A stretch of 43,621 bases of DNA, from IMG/VR virus record IMGVR_UViG_3300022936_000012, positions 1-43,621 of that record; one strand, written 5' to 3'. Positions 26,829-35,701 of the stretch are shown here, piece by piece. The DNA comes from a virus (lineage: Duplodnaviria > Caudoviricetes). The notes beneath the pieces were generated by a model. The model saw only the letters and a program-made list of their open reading frames with translations, was not told the origin of the DNA and did no database searches. The translations under genes and the position numbers were made by a program. How positions within the stretch are numbered: the stretch's first letter is position 1; the number at the start of each line of letters is the position of its first letter.

Positions 26829-27152
26829 ATGAACGCAGTAGCCGAAATACGCAAGCGAGTTGTCCAAAATGGGAAGATGAAATACGGGGCGCAATCCCGT
26901 CTCGCGCAACTTCTCGGCGTGCATCAATCCACGGTGCGACGGATCTTTTTGGGCAATCGGTTCGTCTCGCCAGAGCATAGCGCCATTCTTGAGAAGGCGA
27001 TCAAGAGCAAGGCTGAATTGTTCACCGTGCGTAGTGAGCAAAAGCGGTGTAATGAACCGCGTTGCAAATGCGCCTCGTATGCGAAAGGGAAGTGTCGGGC
27101 GCACTACTACGCGCAGTGGAGAGCGGGAATTTTGGGCGCGGTTTCTCTGTAG
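26829..27152 (+). CDS. Cro/XRE-like HTH regulator with C-terminal Cys/His finger
   Basis: AQSRLAQLLGVHQSTVRRI; CNEPRC...KGKCRAHY. Confidence 0.8.
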   Translation: MNAVAEIRKRVVQNGKMKYGAQSRLAQLLGVHQSTVRRIFLGNRFVSPEHSAILEKAIKSKAELFTVRSEQKRCNEPRCKCASYAKGKCRAHYYAQWRAGILGAVSL

Positions 27153-27173
27153 AAAGAAATATTTGCGTGGATT

Positions 27174-27192
27174 GCGAAAATAAATCTTGCGC
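27174..27192 (+). promoter_or_regulatory. Operator/promoter motif copy
   Basis: GCGAAAATAAATCTTGCGC; its TTG lies 36 nt before ATG 27223. Confidence 0.7.
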
Positions 27193-27222
27193 ACAATCGG
27201 ACGGGGTGAGATAACGGTTTCC

Positions 27223-27459
27223 ATGCAAGCGACTCCTCAATCAGTTTCCGCAATACTTCGCCGGGAAGGTTTTACTCCAGTCCCAACCGCTCGTGAAGGT
27301 TTGCACGTTAAGCGTGGAGCACTCGGCGCGGTAACGGTTATCGCAGATTGGGATTCCCCTCGTAAATCTCGCGAACAATCCGACGAAGCCGAGCGTGTTT
27401 TGAGCGGTCGCGGATTCAACCTTCATCGCGTGTCCGAAAACATCTTCCGCACAGAATGA
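27223..27459 (+). CDS. Hypothetical protein
   Basis: ATG 27223 after promoter motif. Confidence 0.65.
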   Translation: MQATPQSVSAILRREGFTPVPTAREGLHVKRGALGAVTVIADWDSPRKSREQSDEAERVLSGRGFNLHRVSENIFRTE

Positions 27460-27653
27460 CCGAACAACCTCTAATCATGGAAGAGAACGGCAAGCGGTAT
27501 CGGCTGCTTCAAGTCGGGGAGACGACGGAAGAAGGCGACCAAGCTCGATACCTCGGAGCGTGGCATCCGCTTGTCGGATTCGGAAACAAAATCGAAGCGA
27601 ACGCCGGAGATGCTTTTCCTCAAGGCTACTACCGGAGGGAACTCAAGCCATGA
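27456..27653 (+). CDS. Hypothetical protein
   Basis: YRLLQVGETTEEGD motif; ATGA overlaps. Confidence 0.7.
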   Translation: MTEQPLIMEENGKRYRLLQVGETTEEGDQARYLGAWHPLVGFGNKIEANAGDAFPQGYYRRELKP

Positions 27654-27802
27654 AATCTGGCCACTACTTTGCACTTCTAATGCTCCCGATTATTGTTGTC
27701 GGCGCTATCGCCGGAGCGATCTATACAGCATTGGAAATTGGTTGGGTTTTCGCAACATCTCATTTGGAAAAAGCGATTATGGAAACCGCCAAAAAGCCAT
27801 GA
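27650..27802 (+). CDS. Small TM protein
   Basis: ATGA overlaps; hydrophobic core. Confidence 0.6.
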   Translation: MKSGHYFALLMLPIIVVGAIAGAIYTALEIGWVFATSHLEKAIMETAKKP

Positions 27803-27987
27803 CCCTCTCCATCACCAAAGAGCACGGCATCCTCAACATGCGCCAAGAGCCAGCCGTTGCTCACATCGCTTTCGCCAACGAACGCGGATTTGCCCGATTC
27901 GTGGAAGATAACCGCAAGGCTATCCGATCCGTTTACGAACGGTGGACGATGGATTTTGAGATCGTCGCTAGTATCACGGCGAGATGA
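27799..27987 (+). CDS. Hypothetical protein
   Basis: ATGA overlap. Confidence 0.55.
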   Translation: MTLSITKEHGILNMRQEPAVAHIAFANERGFARFVEDNRKAIRSVYERWTMDFEIVASITAR

Positions 27988-28101
27988 ATACCCTCGTGGC
28001 TCCCTGCGAAAGCAAAGCCAGCTTAGTTGCATAGGCGGATTGCATCCGTGTTCCGGCCCACGAACTGACCGGACTCTTTCAACCTAAACCCAACACACAT
28101 C

Positions 28102-29127
28102 ATGTCCCATAAACTCATACCAATCGGCTCACTCCAATTCCAGGACGGCTACAATATCGTCCGCAGTGACAAGGAACTCACCGCCAACTCGAAAGAAGTC
28201 GAGAAAGCGATGGAAGCTCAAAACGACGACCCGACGCTGTTCCCGATCAAATACGTCACCGTCGGCAACAAGAAATTCACCCGCAATCACGCGACTCTCC
28301 GCGCTGCTCTCGCTCGCGGCTGGAAAGAAGTGTATGCGATGCCGTCCCCGCACGAAGCAAACTCGCTCGCGGATATGCTGGATCTTGTGTTCAGCAACAA
28401 CCAGGGCCATCCAGTGTCCCGCGTCGCACAAGGCAAGCTCTACGCCAAGTTGCGTGACGGCGAACTGGACGAGGAAGCCACGGCGAAAGCTGCCAAGGAT
28501 GCCAAGGTTGGCGAAGAAGTGGCGCAAGTCTGGAAGCGCGAACCGATGTCGCTGGAGGAAATCGGCGCGGCTCTCAAACCGTCCTACACCGGCGAGCATG
28601 TCCGGCAGTGTATCCTTCTCGCGGAGTCGTCGCCCGAAATCGGGGAGCTTTTGGAATCCGGCGAGGTTTCCAGCGGGGTCGTTATTAGCGCCAAGTCGCT
28701 TGCGAAAGACGACGAGGGAAAGGCTCTTAAGATCATCAAGGCCGCAGTTCGCAAAGCCAAGGATGACGGCAAGGAGTGCGCGACCAAGCAACATTTCGAT
28801 GCGGTCAAGGCTGACTTCACGCCACAAAAGAAGCTCGTCGCCGCTGGCAAGGAAACTAAGGAAGAGCCCGCCGTTGAGCAGAAAGGCACCCAGGAGGCCG
28901 CGCAGGACGAGAAAGCACCCGAACCGCCCGCAACGCTTCCGACCGACGATAGCGAGCCTGCGTTGTTTACGAAAGACGCCGCGCAATCTCCCGTCAAAGC
29001 GAAGGACGCAAAAAAGGCGCTCGTCACCGTGCTTCTGAAATGGGCGGAAGATTCCGGTAACACGTTCACCGACGACGAAGTTGACGAACTCGCAGACCGG
29101 ATCATCGACGCAAATCTGCCGCTGTAA
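28102..29127 (+). CDS. ParB/RepB/Spo0J-like DNA-binding protein
   Basis: GYNIVR box I, degenerate box II (RNHATLRAA), SNN.G.PVS, HTH MSLEEIGAAL..TGEHVRQCILLA. Confidence 0.75.
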   Translation: MSHKLIPIGSLQFQDGYNIVRSDKELTANSKEVEKAMEAQNDDPTLFPIKYVTVGNKKFTRNHATLRAALARGWKEVYAMPSPHEANSLADMLDLVFSNNQGHPVSRVAQGKLYAKLRDGELDEEATAKAAKDAKVGEEVAQVWKREPMSLEEIGAALKPSYTGEHVRQCILLAESSPEIGELLESGEVSSGVVISAKSLAKDDEGKALKIIKAAVRKAKDDGKECATKQHFDAVKADFTPQKKLVAAGKETKEEPAVEQKGTQEAAQDEKAPEPPATLPTDDSEPALFTKDAAQSPVKAKDAKKALVTVLLKWAEDSGNTFTDDEVDELADRIIDANLPL

Positions 29128-29200
29128 TTCTCCGAAAGGGGGTAAGGACATTTTAGCGGAGCCTGACCGTGGCAACAGGCACTCTTACTCTTATTTACCA

Positions 29201-30190
29201 ATGACTCAGAACCCATTCCAAAAAGCATCCCGCTCGCAGGTCTTTCTAAAGGACGCAATCACCGGCCCGACCGGCAGCGGAAAAACATTCAGCGCCCTTC
29301 GTATCGCGATGGGACTCGTTGAGGGAACCGGCAAGCGCGTTGCCTTTCTCGACACCGAAAACGACAGCGCCAGCTTGTATTCGGACAAGTTCGATTTCGA
29401 CGTGATGCCGATTGCTCCGCCGTTTCTGTCTGAACATTTCAAAAGCGGCGTTGAGGCTGCTGTGAGTGCGGGATATGGTGCGGTGATTATCGACAGCGCA
29501 TCGCACTTTTGGAAGGGAATCCTGGCGTTCAAGGATCAACTCGACTCTCACGGCAAGGGGAACAGCTACACGAACTGGAAGCAAGCCGATGGCAAATTCG
29601 ATCCAGTTATCGAAGCGGTGCTGCAATCGAAGATTCACGTTATCTTCTGCATGCGGAGCAAGATGGACTATCTTCAGACCGAAGAGAACGGAAAGAAGGT
29701 TATCAAGAAGATGGGGCTCGCGCCGATCATGCGGGAGAATCTGGAATACGAGTTTTCCACGGTGTTTGATATTGGTATGGATCACACCGCTATGGCGTCC
29801 AAGGACCGCACCGGGCTTTTCCCTGTGGATCGTGTGTTTCAAATCACCGAACAGACCGGACGCGACATTGCCGCATGGCTTAAGACGGCCACGCCGAAGG
29901 TCGAGACGATTCCCGTCCGCGACATCACGCCAGAGCAAGAGAAGCTCGGCATCATTGCGAAGATTCGCGGTGCAATGTTGAGCGCGATTCCCGAAGGCGA
30001 GAATCCGACCGACTACGAGAAAGCCCTGTGTGCGCTCGTGGTATCGAAGGCGAAAGACGACAAAACGCCACGCGAGACGCTTGAGGGATTCGAGAATCCG
30101 GCGTTGCAATGGATCTGGAAACAACGCGCATCACTCGCCTCCGAACTGAATGAGCACATCAAAAAGGCGCGTGAAGCCGCAACCGCATAA
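29201..30190 (+). CDS. Sak4-like AAA ATPase (recombinase)
   Basis: GPTGSGKT, FLDTEN, VIIDSASHFW, HVIFCMRSK, LEYEF, SKDRTGLF. Confidence 0.9.
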   Translation: MTQNPFQKASRSQVFLKDAITGPTGSGKTFSALRIAMGLVEGTGKRVAFLDTENDSASLYSDKFDFDVMPIAPPFLSEHFKSGVEAAVSAGYGAVIIDSASHFWKGILAFKDQLDSHGKGNSYTNWKQADGKFDPVIEAVLQSKIHVIFCMRSKMDYLQTEENGKKVIKKMGLAPIMRENLEYEFSTVFDIGMDHTAMASKDRTGLFPVDRVFQITEQTGRDIAAWLKTATPKVETIPVRDITPEQEKLGIIAKIRGAMLSAIPEGENPTDYEKALCALVVSKAKDDKTPRETLEGFENPALQWIWKQRASLASELNEHIKKAREAATA

Positions 30191-30313
30191 CTGCGACCCC
30201 GTTCGCGCAATCACGCGCTATCCCGCATCGCAGTTGCCGGAATCCAAGCGACCAGTGCGCATCATGTGGACGTGCAAATGCGGAGCAAACTACACAACTA
30301 ATATCGACTACTT

Positions 30314-30721
30314 ATGACACCTACTCCTGAATCTCTCATACTCACTGCCGCAGCTATCGAAGCCCATGCGCAGGGTAAACCTATCCAGTTCCGAAATTTC
30401 GTTCACGATAATGGATGGTCGGATATGGATCGCTGCGCGACAATTGATATGCTGGATCGTCTTGAATACCGCCCGAAGCCCGAGTCAACGACGCGCCAGT
30501 GGAATAGTCCGGATGACGTGCCGGGGCCGGTTTGCTGGATTCGCGGAGGCGTTAACGACAAATATCCCTCAATGATTGTCGGCTTTCATGAAAAGGGCGT
30601 GATTATGTTTTCCTGCTTGGGAGAAATGCATTTTTACGATTGGGAAAACAGCCCATCATGGGAGCACTCCACCGACCGGAAAACGTGGTATCCCTGCACC
30701 GTAACCGAGGACGCGAAATGA
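30314..30721 (+). CDS. Hypothetical phage protein
   Basis: AHAQGKPIQFR...EYRPKPE; EHSTDRKTWYPC. Confidence 0.75.
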   Translation: MTPTPESLILTAAAIEAHAQGKPIQFRNFVHDNGWSDMDRCATIDMLDRLEYRPKPESTTRQWNSPDDVPGPVCWIRGGVNDKYPSMIVGFHEKGVIMFSCLGEMHFYDWENSPSWEHSTDRKTWYPCTVTEDAK

Positions 30722-31329
30722 TTCCACATTTCCTCAACCAAGTCGCCGCTTTCCATCGCGCTTTTCAGTATCGCCAGCCGGAACCAGTCGCGCCCGATCT
30801 TAGCGACAAGCCGACGAACGAATTGCGCCCGCGTCTTTTACGGGAAGAGTTGCACGAACTCCACGACGCAACTACGCGAGTCGATCAACTCGACGCTCTG
30901 TGTGATTCCCAATACGTGCTATCCGGCGCGGTGCTCGCCTGGGGCTATCGGTCGCTATTTGAGAACCATCGCCACACAATCGAGTTGCGGAAGATTCACG
31001 ACGAGCGCGGACATTTGGCCGCAATGCTTGGTCTTGTCGATCAGATGGAGATGGCCGCCGAAAGCAACCTACAGATGCAGACGCTGACGTGTCTGATTGG
31101 TCTGCAACAGCATCTCTCACGAGCGGTGTATCACTACGGATTCGCCGAGTGTTTCAAGGATGCGTTTGATGAAGTGCATCGGTCGAATATGACGAAACTC
31201 TGGGATGCCCCTAAGCCAAACGGACTTATTTTTGTATCAAGCGCAGGCAAATTTATTGCTCGGCGCGGAGATGGTAAAATTGTTAAGCCGGAGACGTATT
31301 CGCCTGCGAGTTTGGCCCGTTTCGTATAG
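30718..31329 (+). CDS. MazG-like NTP pyrophosphohydrolase
   Basis: VAAFHRAF; LLREELHEL; DALCDSQYV; FDEVHRSNMTK; DGKIVKP. Confidence 0.88.
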   Translation: MIPHFLNQVAAFHRAFQYRQPEPVAPDLSDKPTNELRPRLLREELHELHDATTRVDQLDALCDSQYVLSGAVLAWGYRSLFENHRHTIELRKIHDERGHLAAMLGLVDQMEMAAESNLQMQTLTCLIGLQQHLSRAVYHYGFAECFKDAFDEVHRSNMTKLWDAPKPNGLIFVSSAGKFIARRGDGKIVKPETYSPASLARFV

Positions 31330-31364
31330 AAACTGACCTATCCAAAATCTACATCGGACACGAA

Positions 31365-31616
31365 ATGCGCTCACGTCTTACACTGGCACAAAAGTCTTTC
31401 ATATTGAGGAAACTCAAAAGATTGACTGCCAATTTCGATAAAGTGTTTCATCGCGCCTGTCAGATTACTCGCGGAGCGAACACTGCAAAGGAGCGGAAAT
31501 GCGGGCGGTATGGTTCTAAGAGTTGTTTCGATGATTCGGAAAGCATAGCGACAGCCCATCTGAATTACTTCGGCAACGGAGTTTGGAGTTCGGAAAAGAA
31601 GCATCCCGACCGATGA
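31365..31616 (+). CDS. Hypothetical protein
   Basis: Fills gap; ATGA overlap with the next gene. Confidence 0.5.
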   Translation: MRSRLTLAQKSFILRKLKRLTANFDKVFHRACQITRGANTAKERKCGRYGSKSCFDDSESIATAHLNYFGNGVWSSEKKHPDR

Positions 31617-31831
31617 AGCGCAGAATCATAATTAATATCGACCACGACCAATTAACCGATGAGCAGGCCATTGCGCTTGTCTCTCAGGTTATTGACGGCG
31701 GAAGAGTCAGTGAGACGGCAGGAAGAAAGCATTATTGCCGACTATCGTTTACCGAAAGCAGGCAGACAGCTATTTACGCAACCAAGCGAACAGACAGCAC
31801 TGATACATTCAGTATCTGGGAATCTAAATGA
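31613..31831 (+). CDS. Hypothetical protein
   Basis: ATGA overlaps; VIDGGRVSE...HYC. Confidence 0.65.
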   Translation: MKRRIIINIDHDQLTDEQAIALVSQVIDGGRVSETAGRKHYCRLSFTESRQTAIYATKRTDSTDTFSIWESK

Positions 31832-33321
31832 AAGTTGCTCGCTACTATCAGACAGATGCGCATAACGCTATTCGCGAAGGATTCCGACGCGGACTACGGC
31901 GCGTGCTGATAGAACTGGCGACCGGCCTGGGAAAAACCGTTATCTTCGTCCTGATTGCACTTATGGTCACAGCGAAAGGCGGGAGGGTCTTGATTCTCGT
32001 AAATCGTGACGTGCTAGTAACTCAGGCGCTTGAGGAACTGAAACTGAATGGACTATTCGCCTATCGTGAACAAGCCGACGAGCGCGCATCGCTTACGGCG
32101 CAGGCCGTAGTTGCCAGCGTCCAATCATTGCAAGGCAAATGGCTGGAGCGATTCCCTGTCGATCATTTCAAGTTGGTTGTGACTGATGAGGTTCACGGCA
32201 GCGCGGCGAAAACCTTCCGCGTCATTCTCGATCACTTCCGAAACGCCTTTCATGTTGGCGTCACAGCGACCGCCGAGCGTCACGACAAGCGCGGTTTATG
32301 GGACGGATTCGAGGAAATTGTTTACAGGATGCCGCTCAATAATTGGACGGACAAAGAGACTGGCATTGTTACCGTGGGAGGTATTGACGATGGATGGCTT
32401 GTGCCGTTTGATTTCTATGAACTTGATTGCCCTGTAACCCTCGACGAAAAGCTGATGAGTCATGCGATCATCAAGGAGAACGAGGAGGTATTCGATTCTG
32501 GAAAGTATCTGCCGAGACTGGCGGAACTGGCTACCGAAGAATCCCAGGGGCGCAAGGGTCTATTCTTCCTCCCGAACTGCCGCGTATCGGCTCAGTTTGC
32601 GGATATGCTCAAAGCGCGAGGATTGAACGCGGAGCATATCGACTCTTCCTACATGACGCCCGCCCGCACAAGTGAGTTGTTGGAATGGTTCAAAGGTCAG
32701 GAAACGGCCATTCTGTGCAATAGCGACCTGCTCTCAGTTGGCTACAATCAGCCGGATATTAACCTGATTGGCCTATTTCGCCCCATCGCCTCGACTCCGA
32801 TGTATAAGCAGCGACTCGGCAGAGGCACACGCCCGACTGCCAAGGTGGACGATTACGACACGGCAGACGCACGCAAAGCCGCGATTGCCGCGAGTAATAA
32901 GCCAGTATGTAAGGTGCTGAACGTCTTTTGGGAGAACGGCAGTCACAATCTCGCCACTCCATCGGTGCTATTGACCGACGACGCCGACGAGCGCGAGGCT
33001 ATCGACAAAGCGCGCAAGCCAGGATCAACAATCGACTTGGCGCAACTGGAAGAGCGTCTCAAGGCGAAGCGCATGGAGGACAAAGACGAGGAAATGCGCA
33101 AGTTTGCCGAGAAGGTAGCCAACTCGCAGGCGCAGAAGAAACGCGGCGGCGTGTATATAGACGACATTTTGAAGTCTCGCAAGTTCGGAGACGGTGCTAG
33201 CGAGGCGCAGTATCGGTTTCTATACGTGCTCGCGAAGAGAGATTTTAGAAAAGAGCAACTCACCAAATCCCAAGCGTCCCGAATCATCGGACGATATAAA
33301 CCAGAGAAAGCAACGGCATGA
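31828..33321 (+). CDS. SF2 DEAD/DEAH-box (Res-type) helicase
   Basis: LATGLGKT, VTDEVH, GVTATAER, QRLGRGTR. Confidence 0.93.
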   Translation: MKVARYYQTDAHNAIREGFRRGLRRVLIELATGLGKTVIFVLIALMVTAKGGRVLILVNRDVLVTQALEELKLNGLFAYREQADERASLTAQAVVASVQSLQGKWLERFPVDHFKLVVTDEVHGSAAKTFRVILDHFRNAFHVGVTATAERHDKRGLWDGFEEIVYRMPLNNWTDKETGIVTVGGIDDGWLVPFDFYELDCPVTLDEKLMSHAIIKENEEVFDSGKYLPRLAELATEESQGRKGLFFLPNCRVSAQFADMLKARGLNAEHIDSSYMTPARTSELLEWFKGQETAILCNSDLLSVGYNQPDINLIGLFRPIASTPMYKQRLGRGTRPTAKVDDYDTADARKAAIAASNKPVCKVLNVFWENGSHNLATPSVLLTDDADEREAIDKARKPGSTIDLAQLEERLKAKRMEDKDEEMRKFAEKVANSQAQKKRGGVYIDDILKSRKFGDGASEAQYRFLYVLAKRDFRKEQLTKSQASRIIGRYKPEKATA

Positions 33322-34712
33322 CTAACTACGAAAAGTTCCTTCACGACAAATCCCAAATCGGGCGCAACTCTGGCTTTGAGCCGCTATGGATGCCCGACTT
33401 TCTTTTCGACTTCCAGAAAGCTCTCTGCCAATGGTCGATCACCAAGGGACGTGGTGCGAAGTTCGCAGATTGCGGACTCGGCAAGACGCCGATGGCGCTG
33501 GTATGGGCAGAGAACGTAATCCGACATACTAACAAGCCAGTGCTGAATCTTACTCCGCTTGGCGTTACTGGTCAGACCGTGCGCGAGGGCGAGAAGTTTG
33601 GAGTGGAATGTTTCAAATCATCAGACGGCAAGTTTCCAAAAGGAGCGAAAGTCATCGTGACAAACTACGAACGGTTGCATTACTTCGACTCGAAAGACTT
33701 CGCTGGCGTTGTCTGTGATGAATCTTCGATCCTCAAGAACTTCGACGGCATGACAAAGGAGGCTATCACGGAGTTCATGCGCAAGATTAAGTATCGACTG
33801 CTTTGCACGGCAACCGCCGCACCGAACGATTATATCGAACTCGGCACAAGCTCGGAAGCGTTGGGGGAACTTGGTTACATGGATATGCTCAAGATGTTTT
33901 TCAAGGCATCGGATGGGGCGCACGCGCACGGCGGAAGTAATCATGGTCGATTCAATAAGAATCCGTTCGGCAGTAAGTTCCGCTTTCGCGGCCACGCCGA
34001 GCATGATTTCTGGCGCTGGGTTTGCTCATGGGCACGGGCGGTTCGTAAGCCAAGCGACTTGGGATTTAACGATGGAGACTTTCAGCTTCCCGAACTTATC
34101 ACCAATCAGCACGTAGTGATAGCGCGCAGGCAGCAAGAAGGATTCCTTTTCAGTTGCGCGGCTCAAGGACTGGCAGAGCAGCGCGAGGAACGTCGCAGAA
34201 CCCTGGATGAGCGATGCGAGAAAGCTGCCGAGATTTCCAATGCAGACGATAACGCGGTTGTATCATGGTGCAACCTCAACGACGAATCCGTGTTGCTTAC
34301 GAAATTGATCGATGGCGCTGTGGAATTGACTGGCCAGGACGAGGATGAAAAGAAGGAGGAAACCATCACCGCTTTCCAGAATGGCGAGATAAAGAAGCTC
34401 GTTACGAAGCCGACGATTTTGGGATTCGGACTCAATCTCCAGATGTGCCACCATTCCACCTACTTCGCATCGCATAGCTTTGAACAGTGGTATCAGTCGA
34501 TTCGCCGCTTCTGGCGTTTCGGACAAAAGGATGCCGTGACTATCGACGTAGTAACCTCCGAGGGCGAAGCGTCCATATTAAAGAATCTACAGCGCAAATC
34601 CGCGCAGGCAGAAATCATGTTTGGCAATCTTGTCGATCTGATGAACAACGAACTGAAACTAAACACAGACAACCGCTTCACAAAGCAAACCGAACTCCCA
34701 TCATGGCTGTAA
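33318..34712 (+). CDS. SNF2-like phage helicase
   Basis: FADCGLGKT, TNYERL, CDESSILK, TATAAPND, GFGLNLQ, QSIRRFWRFGQ. Confidence 0.92.
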   Translation: MTNYEKFLHDKSQIGRNSGFEPLWMPDFLFDFQKALCQWSITKGRGAKFADCGLGKTPMALVWAENVIRHTNKPVLNLTPLGVTGQTVREGEKFGVECFKSSDGKFPKGAKVIVTNYERLHYFDSKDFAGVVCDESSILKNFDGMTKEAITEFMRKIKYRLLCTATAAPNDYIELGTSSEALGELGYMDMLKMFFKASDGAHAHGGSNHGRFNKNPFGSKFRFRGHAEHDFWRWVCSWARAVRKPSDLGFNDGDFQLPELITNQHVVIARRQQEGFLFSCAAQGLAEQREERRRTLDERCEKAAEISNADDNAVVSWCNLNDESVLLTKLIDGAVELTGQDEDEKKEETITAFQNGEIKKLVTKPTILGFGLNLQMCHHSTYFASHSFEQWYQSIRRFWRFGQKDAVTIDVVTSEGEASILKNLQRKSAQAEIMFGNLVDLMNNELKLNTDNRFTKQTELPSWL

Positions 34713-35695
34713 TCGACCAACATCTCACAAACACTTTCGCTATCTATAACGGCGATTGCGTTGAAGTAATGCAAGACCTCAAGCCGAAGTCTATCGACAT
34801 TGCGGTTCATTCTCCGCCATTTCGGGGATTGTATAATTACAGTAGCAGCGAACGGGATATGTCAAACTGCCGAACGCCGGAAGAGTTTTTTGAACACTAC
34901 GAATTTGCGATCAAGCAAATGGCGCGACTTCTAAAACCAGGTCGGCTGAGTTACGTGCATTGCATGGACATTCCCAAGGCTGGCGCGAACGTCGGCGGCG
35001 GTTTGGATGACTTTCCCGGAGACATTATCCGGCTTCACGAGAAGCACGGCTTTAGCTATTGTGCCCGTTACCACGTATGGAAAGAACCGCTTGGCGTGCG
35101 TAATCGCACAATGGCGAAGGGGCTGGCACACGCGCAACTAGTCGCAGACTCGACGTTGTGTGACGTGGCGAGCGCGGATTACGTTCTGATGTTCCGCAAT
35201 AAAGGAAAGAACACCGTTCCTGTCACTCACGCCGAGGGACTGATGAGTTATGCAGGCGAGCGCATCATGCCGCACGAGATTCAGCAATTCCGAGGATGGA
35301 AAGGAAATCAGATTCAGAATCGTTACTCTCATTGGATCTGGCGGCAATATGCTAGTGCCTTTTGGGACGATGTTCGGATTGACCGCGTGTTGCCTTATCG
35401 CGAATCCAAAGACCCCGACGACGAACGCCATGTGCATCCCCTTCAGCTAGACGTAATTGAGCGGTGTGTTGTCCTTGGGAGTAATCCCGGCGAAACACTT
35501 CTCACGCCGTATCTCGGCGTTGGCAGCGAGGCATACGGCGCGCTGATTAACGGACGCAAGGCTATCGGCGCGGAATTGAAACCTGCATACTACAAGCAAG
35601 CACTCAAGAATCTAGCGGCGGCTAAAGACCATCGCAACATCGACGAAATTGAACTGTTCCGCGATGAAACTCCAATCGAAGCACTCTCTGAATAA
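34703..35695 (+). CDS. DNA N4-cytosine/N6-adenine methyltransferase (beta class)
   Basis: GDCVEV, HSPPF motif IV, HVHPLQLDVIER, TPYLGVGSE motif I, GAELKPAYY. Confidence 0.93.
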   Translation: MAVIDQHLTNTFAIYNGDCVEVMQDLKPKSIDIAVHSPPFRGLYNYSSSERDMSNCRTPEEFFEHYEFAIKQMARLLKPGRLSYVHCMDIPKAGANVGGGLDDFPGDIIRLHEKHGFSYCARYHVWKEPLGVRNRTMAKGLAHAQLVADSTLCDVASADYVLMFRNKGKNTVPVTHAEGLMSYAGERIMPHEIQQFRGWKGNQIQNRYSHWIWRQYASAFWDDVRIDRVLPYRESKDPDDERHVHPLQLDVIERCVVLGSNPGETLLTPYLGVGSEAYGALINGRKAIGAELKPAYYKQALKNLAAAKDHRNIDEIELFRDETPIEALSE

Positions 35696-35701
35696 CCATC
35701 C

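Noticed and set aside
27990-28075. c-di-GMP-I riboswitch (GCAAAGCC and TCCGGCC fragments)
   Set aside because: Lacks the GGCAAAC...GACGCAAAGC arrangement; fragments are not contiguous
28129-30124. Long alternative-frame and antisense ORFs over the ParB-like and Sak4-like genes
   Set aside because: Shadow ORFs from GC3 bias; the plus-strand frames carry the recognisable motifs
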